A stretch of 59,559 bases of DNA from Octopus bimaculoides (Eukaryota): contig NC_068983.1 of assembly GCF_001194135.2 (NCBI RefSeq), positions 9,249,062 to 9,308,620 on the forward strand, read 5' to 3'. The position numbers and the translations under genes were made by a program. How positions within the stretch are numbered: the first letter of the stretch is position 1; every line of letters starts with the position of its first letter. Shown one piece after another: positions 1 through 11,864 of the stretch. A model generated the notes under the pieces. That model did no database searches and was not told where the DNA came from. It was given only the letters and a program-made list of their open reading frames with translations.

Positions 1-102
1 TATATATATATATATAATCACATGCATACAGACACATGCGTATGCACACACGCCTGCAATCACACACAAACACACACACACATACACACACACACACACA
101 CT

Positions 103-140
<38 letters not shown>

Positions 141-200
141 CATATATATGCGTGTATAAAGTATAAATTTATATTTATATATGCACTAAATGTATATGTA
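1..200. repeat. Compound (TA)n/(CA)n microsatellite
   Basis: Visible dinucleotide runs; source of the poly-HT/YI ORF 36..254. Confidence 0.95.
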
Positions 201-1191
201 TATATCGATGGTTGTATACATCACTCGTTCCGTTCGATTTTAACATCGTTGTAAATATTTAACTTCGATACAAGTAACCACGTATAAACTATATAACTGT
301 ATATGAATTGATACTGTATCAATTTATATACAGAAAATAAAATAACAATAGGAAAATCAGATAAAATTTATCAACCTGAACCAGAATTCTCCGAATGCTT
401 AAGGTAATGACGATGCTTAAAAAATACAAAGAGTCTTTCTCTGTATATGAAATATATTCAATTATATATCACAAATATTTTCTCTTCTCCCTTGAGAAAT
501 TCAGATTAAAACTGACCTGCTTTCCTTCTGCCAAGCTTTTCTATTTTCCCTATATTTCTATTGTATTACATCAACTATTTTGTTCATTGATGGATAGATC
601 TTTTGTGAGTATTGTAATTCGACAAAAGGGTGTGTGTTTACGACACAGACAGATACAGGGGCAAGGAAAAACCAAAACAGAGACAAGGAGAGAAAGAGAG
701 AGAGAGACAGACACACATACACACACACAGGTACACACGCACACAGTCACACACACAGACACACACAGAAACAGACAGAGAAGCGGAGAAGGGACGAGTG
801 TCAAATATATCGATATGTTAAATTTTTAGTAACTCGTTTAGAAGTTTTAGCATTCATAGAAATTAATTCAATGAATTCATCTGATATCTAGAATAAAGAA
901 AACCACGACGGAAGCTACATCTAAGAACTCTTCTGCTTTTATATATCGACCATCATTATATATTTGGTTCTAGAAAGAGAATACATTTATCATTGTTTTC
1001 AAAATTTTACCCTTTAAGTTATGTTATTTATATGGGATTCTCTGTGTGTATGTGTGTGTGTATGCACACTGTAGTAGATCATGCAAAGCGTTTTTCACAC
1101 ACCGACACATCCACACATACAGCTATATACACACATATACACACACACATACATATACTATATATACATTTTTTTTGTCTTCTTTTCATTG

Positions 1192-1227
<36 letters not shown>

Positions 1228-1229
<2 letters not shown>

Positions 1230-1795
1230 TTTTTTCTTTTATCTTTTCTTTTACTTGTTTCAGTCATTTGACTGCGGCCAAGCTGGAGCACCGCCTTAAG
1301 TCGAGCAAATCGACCCCAGGACTTATTGTTTGTAAGCCTAGTATTTGTTCTATCGGTCTCTTTCGCCGAACCGCTAAGTTACGGGGACGTAAACACACCA
1401 GCATCGGTTGTCAAGCGATGTGGGNNNNNNNNNNNNNNNNNNNNNNNNNNNNNNNNNNNNNNNNNNNNNNNNNNNNNNNNNNNNNNNNNNNNNNNNNNNN
1501 NNNNNNNNNNNNNNNNNNNNNNNNNNNNNNNNNNNNNNNNNNNNNNNNNNNNNGGGGGGGGGGGGCAAACAGACACACGAATACACACACACACACACAC
1601 ACACATACACACACATATATATACATATATACGACGGGCTTCTTTCAGTTTCCGTCTTCCAAATACACTCACAAGGCTTTGATCGGCCCGAGACTATAGT
1701 AGAAGGCACTTGTCCAAGGTGCCACGCAGTGGGACTAAACCCGGAGCCATGTGGTCGGTAAGCAAGCTACTTACCACACAGCCACTCCTACGCCT
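1228..1795 (-). mobile_element. tRNA-headed SINE, family A (composite, internal microsatellite), full length, spans an N gap
   Basis: Minus strand starts AGGCGTAGGAGTGGCTGTGTGGTAAG (A-box-like), has a degenerate B-box GGTTTAGTCCC, CORE-like CACCTTGGACAAGT, internal (TA/TG)n and an A-rich tail; homologous copies at 10662, 23707, 44781, 45598. Confidence 0.9.
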
Positions 1796-1807
1796 ATGAA
1801 AAAAGAT

Positions 1808-1863
1808 ATGAACAAACTTAATCGATTTTCGAACCTTATTCGGTTCTCATCAGAGGCGTTCAC
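1808..1863 (-). ncRNA. Type I hammerhead ribozyme, canonical core
   Basis: Minus: GTGAAC-GC-CT CTGATGA GAACC-GAATAA-GGTTC GAA AATCGATT A AG-TTT-GTTCAT. Intact CUGAUGA/GAAA core, 5-bp stem II, palindromic stem III, bulged stem I; predicted cut between 1819 and 1818. Confidence 0.8.
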
Positions 1864-2300
1864 GTCATTCTGACGGTATATTTACATTTTCTACTTGTAT
1901 TTGTTGCCTATACTGATATTGTTCTTGAACAGCTGCTAGAATTTGTCTTTTTGGCAATCCTTTTCTGATCACAGAGAGAAATTACTTTTTAACAATGCTG
2001 GGTTTTCTATCAATATAATATACTGAATTACTCTTTATAAGGTTTCTATTATTTCTTGCTCTTCCATACTGCTGCCTGTTGATGTGGAGTATTTAATCGT
2101 TTTCTGATGGCGTTTGCGTGTTTGTACCTCCTCTTTTATAATATAACCCGCCTAAGTTTCGCTGAATCATAGGACAAGGTGGTTATCAACTTCCTCATGA
2201 GTTCAGATGAATATTTCATGATACTGGGTGTGTAATTACATTGTGTTTGGAAAGAATATTGGAAAATGCCTTGACACTATTTGCTCTATATAACAGTCGG
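1864..2300 (-). mobile_element. Decayed Penelope-like element, GIY-YIG endonuclease region remnant
   Basis: Broken minus-strand frames give NILSKHNVITHP...GGLYYK and VQTRKRHQKTIKY, resembling the Penelope pattern RIL.KHNI...GVVYKI...L.TR.KEH; followed 3' by a hammerhead as expected for a pLTR. Confidence 0.5.
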
Positions 2301-2506
2301 ACATGAAATTTCCAATCCACAAAATTAAATACACTAAGTTCCATAAAAAGAAAGAGGCTCAGAGTGTCTTATGCCTGAGCAGGATCAGGTGATAACTAAT
2401 GAATTTCTACATTCAACCTGCCCTCTGAAATGTTAGTTGCAGCGAAGCGATGTAGTTGATCTGTGAAGTATTAGATATAAACAATTTCCATATAATAAAG
2501 GCAACG

Positions 2507-2663
2507 ATTATTTACATTATTTACATTATTTACATTCGACGGATATTTGTCCCCATTTTGTTTGTTGTTAACACAACGTTTCGGCTGATATAACCTCCAG
2601 CCGTCTTCAGGTGTTTTGGGAAAAATTTTGAACCTGGGTTCTCATTCCTAAGGTATTTTTCAA

Positions 2664-2698
<35 letters not shown>

Positions 2699-2779
2699 GT
2701 CTTCATGTCAATGCTTGGAATCGAACTCGGAATCGTGTGGTTAGTAGCCCGCGCTCTTAACCACTACGCCATATGCCCC
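2507..2779 (-). mobile_element. tRNA-headed SINE-like element carrying a hammerhead ribozyme
   Basis: A-box TGGCGTAGTGG, B-box GTTCGATTCC, (AAT)n at 2666-2698, hammerhead at 2570-2615, 3' tail of 3 x 9-bp repeat (plus-strand TTATTTACA, 2508-2534). Confidence 0.7.
2570..2615 (-). ncRNA. Minimal (dimer-type) type I hammerhead ribozyme
   Basis: Minus: AACAC CTGAAGA C GGCTG-GAGGTTATAT-CAGCC GAA ACGT T GTGTT. 5-bp stem I, 5-bp stem II, ACGU palindromic stem III, one extra nt after A9; predicted cut between 2575 and 2574. Confidence 0.8.
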
Positions 2780-2868
2780 TGGACGTATGACGTAAATATA
2801 GGACTAAAAGACAACGGTTATTTGCGATTGTTTTTTAGTGCCTATGGCATGTTGTATATGCAGACAGT

Positions 2869-3249
2869 GGAGGCGCAATGGCCCAGTGGTTAGGGCAGCT
2901 GACTCGCGGTCATAGGATCGCGGTTTCGATTCCCAGACCGGGCGTTGTGAGTGTTTATTGAGCGAAAACACCTAAAGTTCCACGAGGCTCCGGCAGGGGA
3001 TGGTGGCGAACCTTGCTGTACTCTTCCACCACAAGTTTCTCTCACTCTTTCTTCCTGTTTCTGTTGTACCTGTATTTCAAAGGGCCAGCCTTGTCACACT
3101 GTGTCACGCTGAATCTCCCCGAGAACTACGTTAAGAGTACACGTGTCTGTGGAGTGCTCAGCCACTTGCATGTTAATTTCACGAGCAGGCTGTTCCGTTC
3201 ATCGGATCAACTGGAACCCTCGTCGTCATAACTGACGGAGTGCCAACAA
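2869..3249 (+). mobile_element. tRNA-headed SINE, family C, full length
   Basis: A-box TGGCCCAGTGG, B-box-like GTTTCGATTCC, ends GGAGTGCCAACAA; closely similar copy at 31953-32333. Confidence 0.9.
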
Positions 3250-4312
3250 GCGCAGACAATCATACATCACTTGACAATACAAAAGTAGTCGAACTCGTTA
3301 GAGATAAATTTTTTGGAGATGTTTTCTTATACAAAAATAAACCTCCCAATAGAGAGAAAGAATGCAGACACCACTAGGATTAGTTTATGTCCAAGGCCGT
3401 ACCCTTTGATGATAATTGATTCGACATCACCTAGATTGGTCACCTTGTTGGTCTGGAAGCACATAAGAAGTGCTGCCTCATATCAGATCTGATTAAAGAC
3501 ATCCAAGCTATGAATTTACTATGCGTAAATCTTGGACTGCATTATCCAACATGTTATTATTGAGTTGCAACGATATCGCGTTAACCCTCCTTAATGTTAC
3601 TTTTTTTCTTTTTTGTAGTCATTTCTAGCGCCCACCTAAGTGGCGATGATGTATTACGACTAAACTAACTTGATATGGATAAAGATTTATAAATTTTACT
3701 AAAAAAAAAAAATGGATTAACAAGCTTTGCTTTTAACAATGAAATGATAAAGATTTAATACAGACGAAAGTTGTAAATTTACTCTATACATTGCAAGTTA
3801 ATGGCTTCCCCGTGCCTGAAGAGATCAAAGTAAATTTTCTATATCAGGTCGAGCAACTGTGCAAATTCAACATAGTTGCTCGACCTGCTAGAAATAGCAG
3901 CACACTACTTGTCTCTTATTTTATTTTATTAATCATAACTAGTTTTATCATGTATAATAATATTACCACTAGAAGTAAAATTTGATACATCAATTATGCT
4001 ACCTAATCGCCCCCCTTCGAAATGCCTAGTTCCCCTTGGTGGAAGAGGGCGGTACCGCCAACGATGAGAACCTCAGACTTATATGGAGAACTAGCATTCT
4101 CGCTAGTTCTTCATTTAAGAAGCTTTCGAACTTGGTTATTGTATATACCTTATAATAAGACTAGTAGTGTCCTGAATATTAGGTTTGTATTTCTTTTGCA
4201 AGGTATTCAGTGTGCGATGCGAAGCTAGGTTTATATTTTCAGTCAAAATATTTATATAAAATTATTTTAGCTGTGAAGGAAAGAGCAGGTAAATAATGAT
4301 TACAAATTTTGT

Positions 4313-4731
4313 CACAAGAGAAGCAATTTTGAGGGCAAGGATGACTATTACATCGGCCTCAATGTTTCAGTGGTATTTAATTTATCGATATCGAAAGAAT
4401 GGAAGGCAAAGTCGACCTCGGCGGAATTTGAACTCAGAACGTAGCAGCAGACGAAATACCGCTGATAATTTCGCCCGGCCCTCTAACGATTCTGGCAGCT
4501 CGCGGCCTTATGAAGAAGATAAATAATCCTTTCTATTATAGGCACAAAGTTTGGATTTTGTAGGGAGGGAGATAGTTGATCCCATAGACCCCAGAACTCA
4601 ACTGGTATTTAATTTATCAACTCCAAGAGGACGAAAGGCTAAGTCGACCAAGGCGTAATTTGAACTCAGAACGTAGCGGCATACGAAATGCCGCTAGGCA
4701 TTTCGCTCGGCATGCTAACGATTATGCCAGA
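4313..4731 (-). mobile_element. Two head-to-tail SINEs, family B (4313-4510 and 4523-4731)
   Basis: Minus-strand family pattern GAGCTGGCAGAATCGTTAG...TTCAAATTCCGCCGAGGTCGACTTTGCCTTTCATCC...GATAAATTAAGTACCAG, present with mismatches in both copies. Confidence 0.9.
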
Positions 4732-6319
4732 TAATCGAAATTTTCTCCTGCTAGATAGAAATGCTTGCAGATGCGCGAAGATCTCTTGTGTTTTTACACT
4801 TGTATCCCGAATATCACCAAACGTCGAAAAAGTCTTCTATTTGGTTTCACTAGTGGAAACTTACATGAATTGATGCACGATCTGTATGATATGTTCTTTA
4901 ACAGAAGTAAGATAGCCCAGCTGTAAGTGAAATCAAATGCTGCGAAATTGACTACGATTACAAGTATAGAATATCGTCATAATGAAATGTTAGCAACTTA
5001 ATTGTTGAGAAATGTATAAAGCACAAGCGTAGACCAATAATAATAATAATAATAGATGAGAAATGAAGAGTTTTTGTTAGGAAACAGGATACAAAGATAA
5101 TGATAATCTCTCTCCAGCGAAAATAATCAGACACGGAGATTTTCTTAGTAAAGAGAGAGAGGAAAATTACAACAGGGGTGGTTACAGAGAGTTTTCTGAA
5201 AAACATGAGAATGGCTTATGGGGGATGCGTTTCATGTTGTGCACTTACAGTTCCTTTAGGGTATAGATTTTGATTTATTGAAAGGAAGCAGAGCAAACGA
5301 GAAAACAGAAATGAAAATTGTGACATGATTCTAAAATACCCAAAATTAAACACGTTATTGTGACGTTCTTGCCCAAAAATTAATTGTTCTTGTGTCTTTA
5401 GGGTTTCCTTTTGTTTATTTTCGTATCTAGATGACACCGCCAATAAATTTAATAGAAACAGCTACTTTGCTTCGTTGATTCATGCTTATAACATTTAACG
5501 AAGACGTACAGAATGCTTGCTACTAGGAGCTGTTCAATGATAGTCGGTACAATAACCTTATCTCTTCGTGTCAAATTGGGAATAAATATAAAACATTAAT
5601 CAAGTGTATTTTAATTGATTTTCTTGCTAATACAGATTAAATTCTTCTCATTCTACAGTACCCATATAGCAAGTATGTTGAGAGTTGTACACAAATGATA
5701 GAAAGATTTATTTAGATAATTAATTATAGGATATTATATCTTAACTGTACTAACATAGAACTTATCTTTTTTATTATTTACATTGTTCTATTTTGAGTAG
5801 CCACAGATAATGATATAATGATATGAGTTACTTCTTTCGTAAAAGATAAGTATGAATTCAAAATTCACTCAAATATCTATGAAACTTTTTATCTAATAAT
5901 ATAGACTTCAGACAGATGAAACAGCAAAATCAAGTTCGTTAGAATTTACTTTCAGAGCGGAACAGAAGAAACAAAGTACTGGAGTCATTTAATGTCACCT
6001 TGTTTATTTGTATTACTTGTATTTGAATCGAGGCAAAAAAAAAAACCTACGATAGATAAAAGCAATGAATTATTCATAATCCTTTTATCTGAACTCTAGT
6101 GATGAAAAAAAGAACTTCTAATGTTGTACTGATCTACATTGATTTTGACAATAACGCTCATATACCGTATGTTGTTGCTTCATTATTCACAAGCCGCATC
6201 ACATCGTTTTCCCTACGTATTTTCTCGGTGGGTACCTGAGTAACATATTTGTTTTCCCTTTCCCTTTTCGGACTAGAAGAAATTAACAGTTTGTTACAAA
6301 ATCACAAGTTCAGCAATTT

Positions 6320-6500
6320 TGAGAGGAGATGTTTTGTAGATGCTATCAGCCCAGTACTTGACAGGTTCTCCATTTTATCAACCCCAGAGGATTGAAAGGC
6401 AAATTTGACCTTGGCGCGATATTCGATCTCAGACTGTAAACACCCAGAATAATTATCGCAACGCCTTTTTTCGCCCTCTAACGATTTCATCAGTTCGCTT
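6320..6500 (-). mobile_element. SINE family B, diverged
   Basis: ATTTTATCAACCCCAGAGGATTGAAAGGCAAATTTGACC matches the family B central domain. Confidence 0.75.
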
Positions 6501-6844
6501 CCCCGTGGATTCGAATTATTTAATAAATATTCGATTTAAGTCATTAAATAAAAATTAGGTTTCAAGTTAAATTAACGTTAAATTTGTTCCATGATCTTTA
6601 CTGAAAGGCCATATATGTTGAATACGCATGTATAAAAGATGGAAATAATTTCTATACTCAAATTAATTTTAACTGAATTTAATACTAATTTGTAATTTTC
6701 AAACCATGACAAATATCGAAGGCCAATAAACTATCTGGAATTCATAATGTACCTTGTATCTGATAAGAGACACGGTAAATATTATGTTGTCTTAGTATCT
6801 CAGAAGGAAAAATGAGAAAAGAAAATATGCTCTGAATTATACAG

Positions 6845-7091
6845 CAGTACATTAATCCCTCGCTATATCGCGGTTCACCTGCCGTAGTTCATTTGTCACG
6901 GTTTATTATTTAAGCTTACGTTGAGCCCTTTGTGGTGTTGTTCTGCATTTATAATAAAATAAATATATACAAACTAAAGAAATAATTTTTTTTAAAAATA
7001 TATACAATGCAGTACTGTTTCTACTTCGCCGATTTTCACCTATCACGGGATTTTTTGGAGCGTAACACCCGCGATAGACGAGGAATTACTG
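6845..7091. mobile_element. pogo/Tigger-type MITE
   Basis: Imperfect TIRs CAGTA(CAT)TAATCCCTCGCTATATCGCGG ... CCGCGATAGACGAGGAATTACTG. Confidence 0.7.
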
Positions 7092-8065
7092 CATATTATT
7101 TATGTCACGTAGAATATAAACTCATCCAGAAACAATAAACAAATAAGCGGAGCTCTTCGTTGCCATTACTTACTATTTATATAACCAATATTTTGTTACT
7201 GGATACATAGCTTTTTATAAACATAATTTTTAGCATAAACGTAATATAGGTGGCTTCGTCTATAACTGATTCTTTTACCACAGAACAGAGATGACGTGAT
7301 ATGCTCAATTGCGAACCATGTTATGCTCAACGCATATTGGCTAAAGAGCTGTTGAAGAGTTTGCTTTTACTGCAAAAACTCGCACCAGCGACTTGCAACA
7401 ATGCTCAGCTACCCACGATGCGCTGACTATAGTTTGTGCCCCCATGTCAGTGCTGCGAAGCTGTATATTTTTTATATGGACTTACATACTCGTGCCCATG
7501 AACAAGGAGCCAATCGACAGAAAAACAGTACGAAGGTGCCTAAGCATAATATATAACGCCGGAAAATGTCCTTGAATGGTAGCGATAATCAAGAAAATAC
7601 GCGAAGATGGAAGATTTGCTACTGTGAGCGCACGTGTAATGCCAGTGAATCTTCTAAATATTTCCATGTAAAAAATGCGTGAAAATGATTCGTTTATCAC
7701 AGATTGATTTACTGCTATGTTTTTTTTTGTTTTTTTTTGGGGGAAGCAAACACCCGTGTAAACGAGGATAGATGTAGTATAATTATACAGCAACAGAATG
7801 TGCATTTCAGCCGATCTAAGCAACACAAGTAGGGTAGACGATTTAGTCATCGAACACATTTGGATGTCTTGATCATTTTATTATAATGTTCAGGACTCAG
7901 TATAAAAAGTACCAGTCATATACTGTGGTCGCCTCCATTGATTATGCTCTTCCCTAAATATCAGACTGATGGCTGTGTTCGATACATTTCCCCAAATCTC
8001 AAGACTTGTAACTATCTTCCAAGTCATTATAATATTCTCCAACACCCATGAACCTTCGTATAGTT

Positions 8066-8120
<55 letters not shown>

Positions 8121-10251
8121 CGAATTTTCTTTGACATTATCTATTGAGAGAGTAATTTCGTTTGCTTGGCGAACAAAAGGTCGTTACGTTGTACTGCACA
8201 TCAAATTGTAATTATTTTCAGCAGTTAATGCGGTTTCAAATGAAACATCTAATTGCAAGTGATTGCGTTTAAAACGAATTGAATTTCTTTCATTTTCTTC
8301 AATCGTGATTACTCAAATTAATTCGACTTTAAAAGTCAAAATACTTTCAAGAATACAGAGTAAAGAAAAACAACAACATATAAATTGATTTTCGTTTCCT
8401 GATACTGTCCGGCTAAACTGCAATGCAGCAATCATATATACCCCCGACAGTTGACTTTCACGTGGAGCCAGTGATTGATTTCAATTAAAAGAATAAAACG
8501 ATTCATTTATTGACTCAAAAATATTCAGGTTCTATATCAAGATGTCATTTAAAATACACCGATGGGGCAGATGGAGTCGCCGATAGGAATTGAAATTACC
8601 GTCAGAATGATGCATAGTTCCTATTCTTCTAATATTCACGTGCTGCATCTGTTAGAGATACAACTAGAAAGATTTTATTTAGAAGCAAATTACCGCTTCA
8701 GCAGTATTACTGGTCACAGAGCAAATTAATGAACTGAGCCCTAAAGAATTTATTAATTAACATCAAGTCATGCCATACATAAATCGGAATCGGGGCCTTC
8801 AACATCCGTGACTCCCTCGGGCAATTACCCAGTGTATATATACCTTAAGTCGACACTGTACTACACTGCTTATTATAGCATGCAATGTAACGGTTTGTAC
8901 CGTAGATTCAACTTAGAAACAGTCAAGATCAGTGATTGAATTGCGCTAGTTGACGGTCTTTGAATCTGACCAGCGTTATCTCACTTCGGTATTTCGCACT
9001 GAAAATGACTAACGAGCCAGAAACGCGCGCCTAGGAATCCGCAAGAGGGAGCATCTTTTGTTATAAAAGAGAGCATTTTCTATAATGTCGTTGCAGTGAA
9101 TTTGCCACTTGAATTTAAAATACATCATAAACACATTTAAACTAAAGTAAAATTCTTTTTATTTTTATTCACTGTTTCGTGCTGATGCAGCTAATTCTAT
9201 TCCGACCAGTCAGTACACTAGCGCGATACAGTCACTAGTATCGACTACTTTAAGTTAAAGTTATGCCTTTCAACCTACCTACCGCTATCACTCTTCGTTA
9301 TTTCCCATTAAAGAAGGCCAAGGAGCTAGAAACGCATATCTTGGAATCCTCTAGAAGGAAGTACTGGGCAGATATGGATGTCGTTAAATCCATTTAATAT
9401 GTATATATTTATAAAAGCCTATTAAACTATATGAAACGAAGACATTTCTCTTCCACTTTTTATATTTTCTTCCACATATTTTCAACTATATATATATATA
9501 TATATATATGTGTATATATNNNNNNNNNNNNNNNNNNNNNNNNNNNNNNNNNNNNNNNNNNNNNNNNNNNNNNNNNNNNNNNNNNNNNNNNNNNNNNNNN
9601 NNNNNNNNNNNNNNNNNNNNNNNNNNNNNNNNNNNNNNNNNNNNNNNNNNNNNNNNNNNNNNNNNNNNNNNNNNNNNNNNNNNNNNNNNNNNNNNNNNNN
9701 NNNNNNNNNNNNNNNNNNNNNNNNNNNNNNNNNNNNNNNNNNNNNNNNNNNNNNNNNATACATATATAATATAAATAATATATAGATATATGCATATATC
9801 CATACATATATGTACATACCTACATCTATATGTATACGTACACGCATATATGAATACAGGACATAAAAAAAAACGTTAAATACAATGAGAAACGAAAACA
9901 GAAACGAAAACAGAAACGAAAACAGAAAACGAACTTTTTTCGAACAATGTAAAAAAAACAAACAGAGAAACGAGACATGCAACATGAAGAGTATATCCCT
10001 ACGTCAGTTGTCCCTGTCCCATCTACTCCGCGTTTTGAAAGCAAGGACAATACGCAACTTCGTTGTAATGGTCTTTCCCACAAAGCAAATTAAATAAAAT
10101 TTGGAATTTTGGGCGGAGGGTGAAAATGTTAACAAGAACAAGACGATGAGAACAAGTCAGTAAATCCAAACAGTGAGGGCTGTTAAGCCAAGACGATAGA
10201 AAAAAATGATTAAGAACGCTAGATAGACGTGCATGAGAGAAGAGACAGAGA

Positions 10252-10314
<63 letters not shown>

Positions 10315-10661
10315 GCAGCTTGTCTGTGTGCTTTTCTGTGTGCGTGTTTGTGTGAGTGTAAGTGTCAGTGTGTTTGGTTGAATATATCAATATGCACATG
10401 TATATATATNNNNNNNNNNNNNNNNNNNNNNNNNNNNNNNNNNNNNNNNNNNNNNNNNNNNNNNNNNNNNNNNNNNNNNNNNNNNNNNNNNNNNNNNNNN
10501 NNNNNNNNNNNNNNNNNNNNNNNNNNNNNNNNNNNNNNNNNNNNNNNNNNNNNNNNNNNNNNNNNNNNNNNNNNNNNNNNNNNNNNATATATATATATAT
10601 ATACATATATGTATGTATGTATATAGTCGCGGCTGTGTGCAGGTGCAGGTGGTAAGGAGCT

Positions 10662-11020
10662 AGGCGCAGGTGTGGCTATGTGGTAAGAAGCCCCACTGCA
10701 TGGCACCTTGAGCATGTGTTTTCTACTATTACCTCGGGCCGACGAAACACTTGTGAATAGATTTAGTAGACGGAAACTGAAAGACGCTAGTCGTGTACAT
10801 ATATGTGTGTGTGTCTTTGTGTCTGCTTATCACCCGACCATTGCTTAACAACCGATGTTGATGTGTTTATGGCCCCCGAAATATAGCGTTTCGGTAAAAG
10901 AGACCGACAGAATGAGTACTAGGCTTACAAAGAATAAGTGTTGGAGCCGATTTCTTCGACTAAAGGCGGTGCTCCAGCAGGGCACAGTCGCATGACTGAT
11001 ACGTGAAAAAGAGTAAAAGA
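10662..11020 (+). mobile_element. SINE family A
   Basis: AGGCGCAGGTGTGGCTATGTGGTAAG head through CGACTAAAGGCGGTGCTCCAGC and AAAAGAGTAAAAGA tail. Confidence 0.9.
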
Positions 11021-11864
11021 CTATATGTATATTTCAAAAATGTAATAAAGACACAACAAACGGAAATTTTTACAAGAACATAACAAGCAGAAAATTCGTA
11101 GCTTACTCCTCATCTGTCAACGTTGCAAAGATCCTGACAATTTCACGCCTTTAACGGTGAAAATAAATACGACAAAATAAGCATACCTCACAAAGAAAGA
11201 CATGTGGCTACAAGCCAGTAACGCAAAGGAAAACGAAACTGTCCTGTAGAAGTGGAGACAACAGAAGGACATATAGAAAGTCAGAAAGAAGGAAGAAGTA
11301 AAGTATTAAGGAGGGAAAGAGAGAGAAAGAAAAGTAGGTGGGAGGCAAAAAAGAGACAAAGAAAGAGAAAGACAAGGAGGGAAAGAGAGACAAAGAGAGA
11401 GGGTGGAATGCAAAAGAGAAGCAAAGTCAGAGAAAGACAGAAATAGAGGTCACACAAAAATATTCCAAGAACATTTTACAAATGAGTAAAAAAAACGAGA
11501 GTGCGTAGCGCTATATAAATATATTTCAATACATCTATAGCATGCTAAAACTCAAGTCTATTTTCTTGCCCTTTGATTAAGACGATAAAGATTATAAATA
11601 GAATAGTCATTTCTCCCTTTCAAAAAAAAAAATATATAATTTAAAAATGTCGATTTGCGGAGGTGACACTTCAAAGAGTCATCACAGCTACCGCCTTTTT
11701 TTTTCTTAAAGGAGAAAACTATTATTTTATTGAAAATAAAATATTAATCTTCATCATCTCAATCAAAAGGCAGAAAAACAGACAGAGAGTCTGTCTCTTT
11801 ATATTTGAAGATCAGTTGTAATGGGAAGAGCTGAATCGCATAATAATGGAAAAAACAAACAACA

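Noticed and set aside
2700-2779. tRNA gene (Ser-like anticodon loop CTACTAA)
   Set aside because: A/B boxes are present but there is no 3' acceptor-stem strand, and it runs into (AAT)n; this is a SINE head. The same applies to the heads of families A and C
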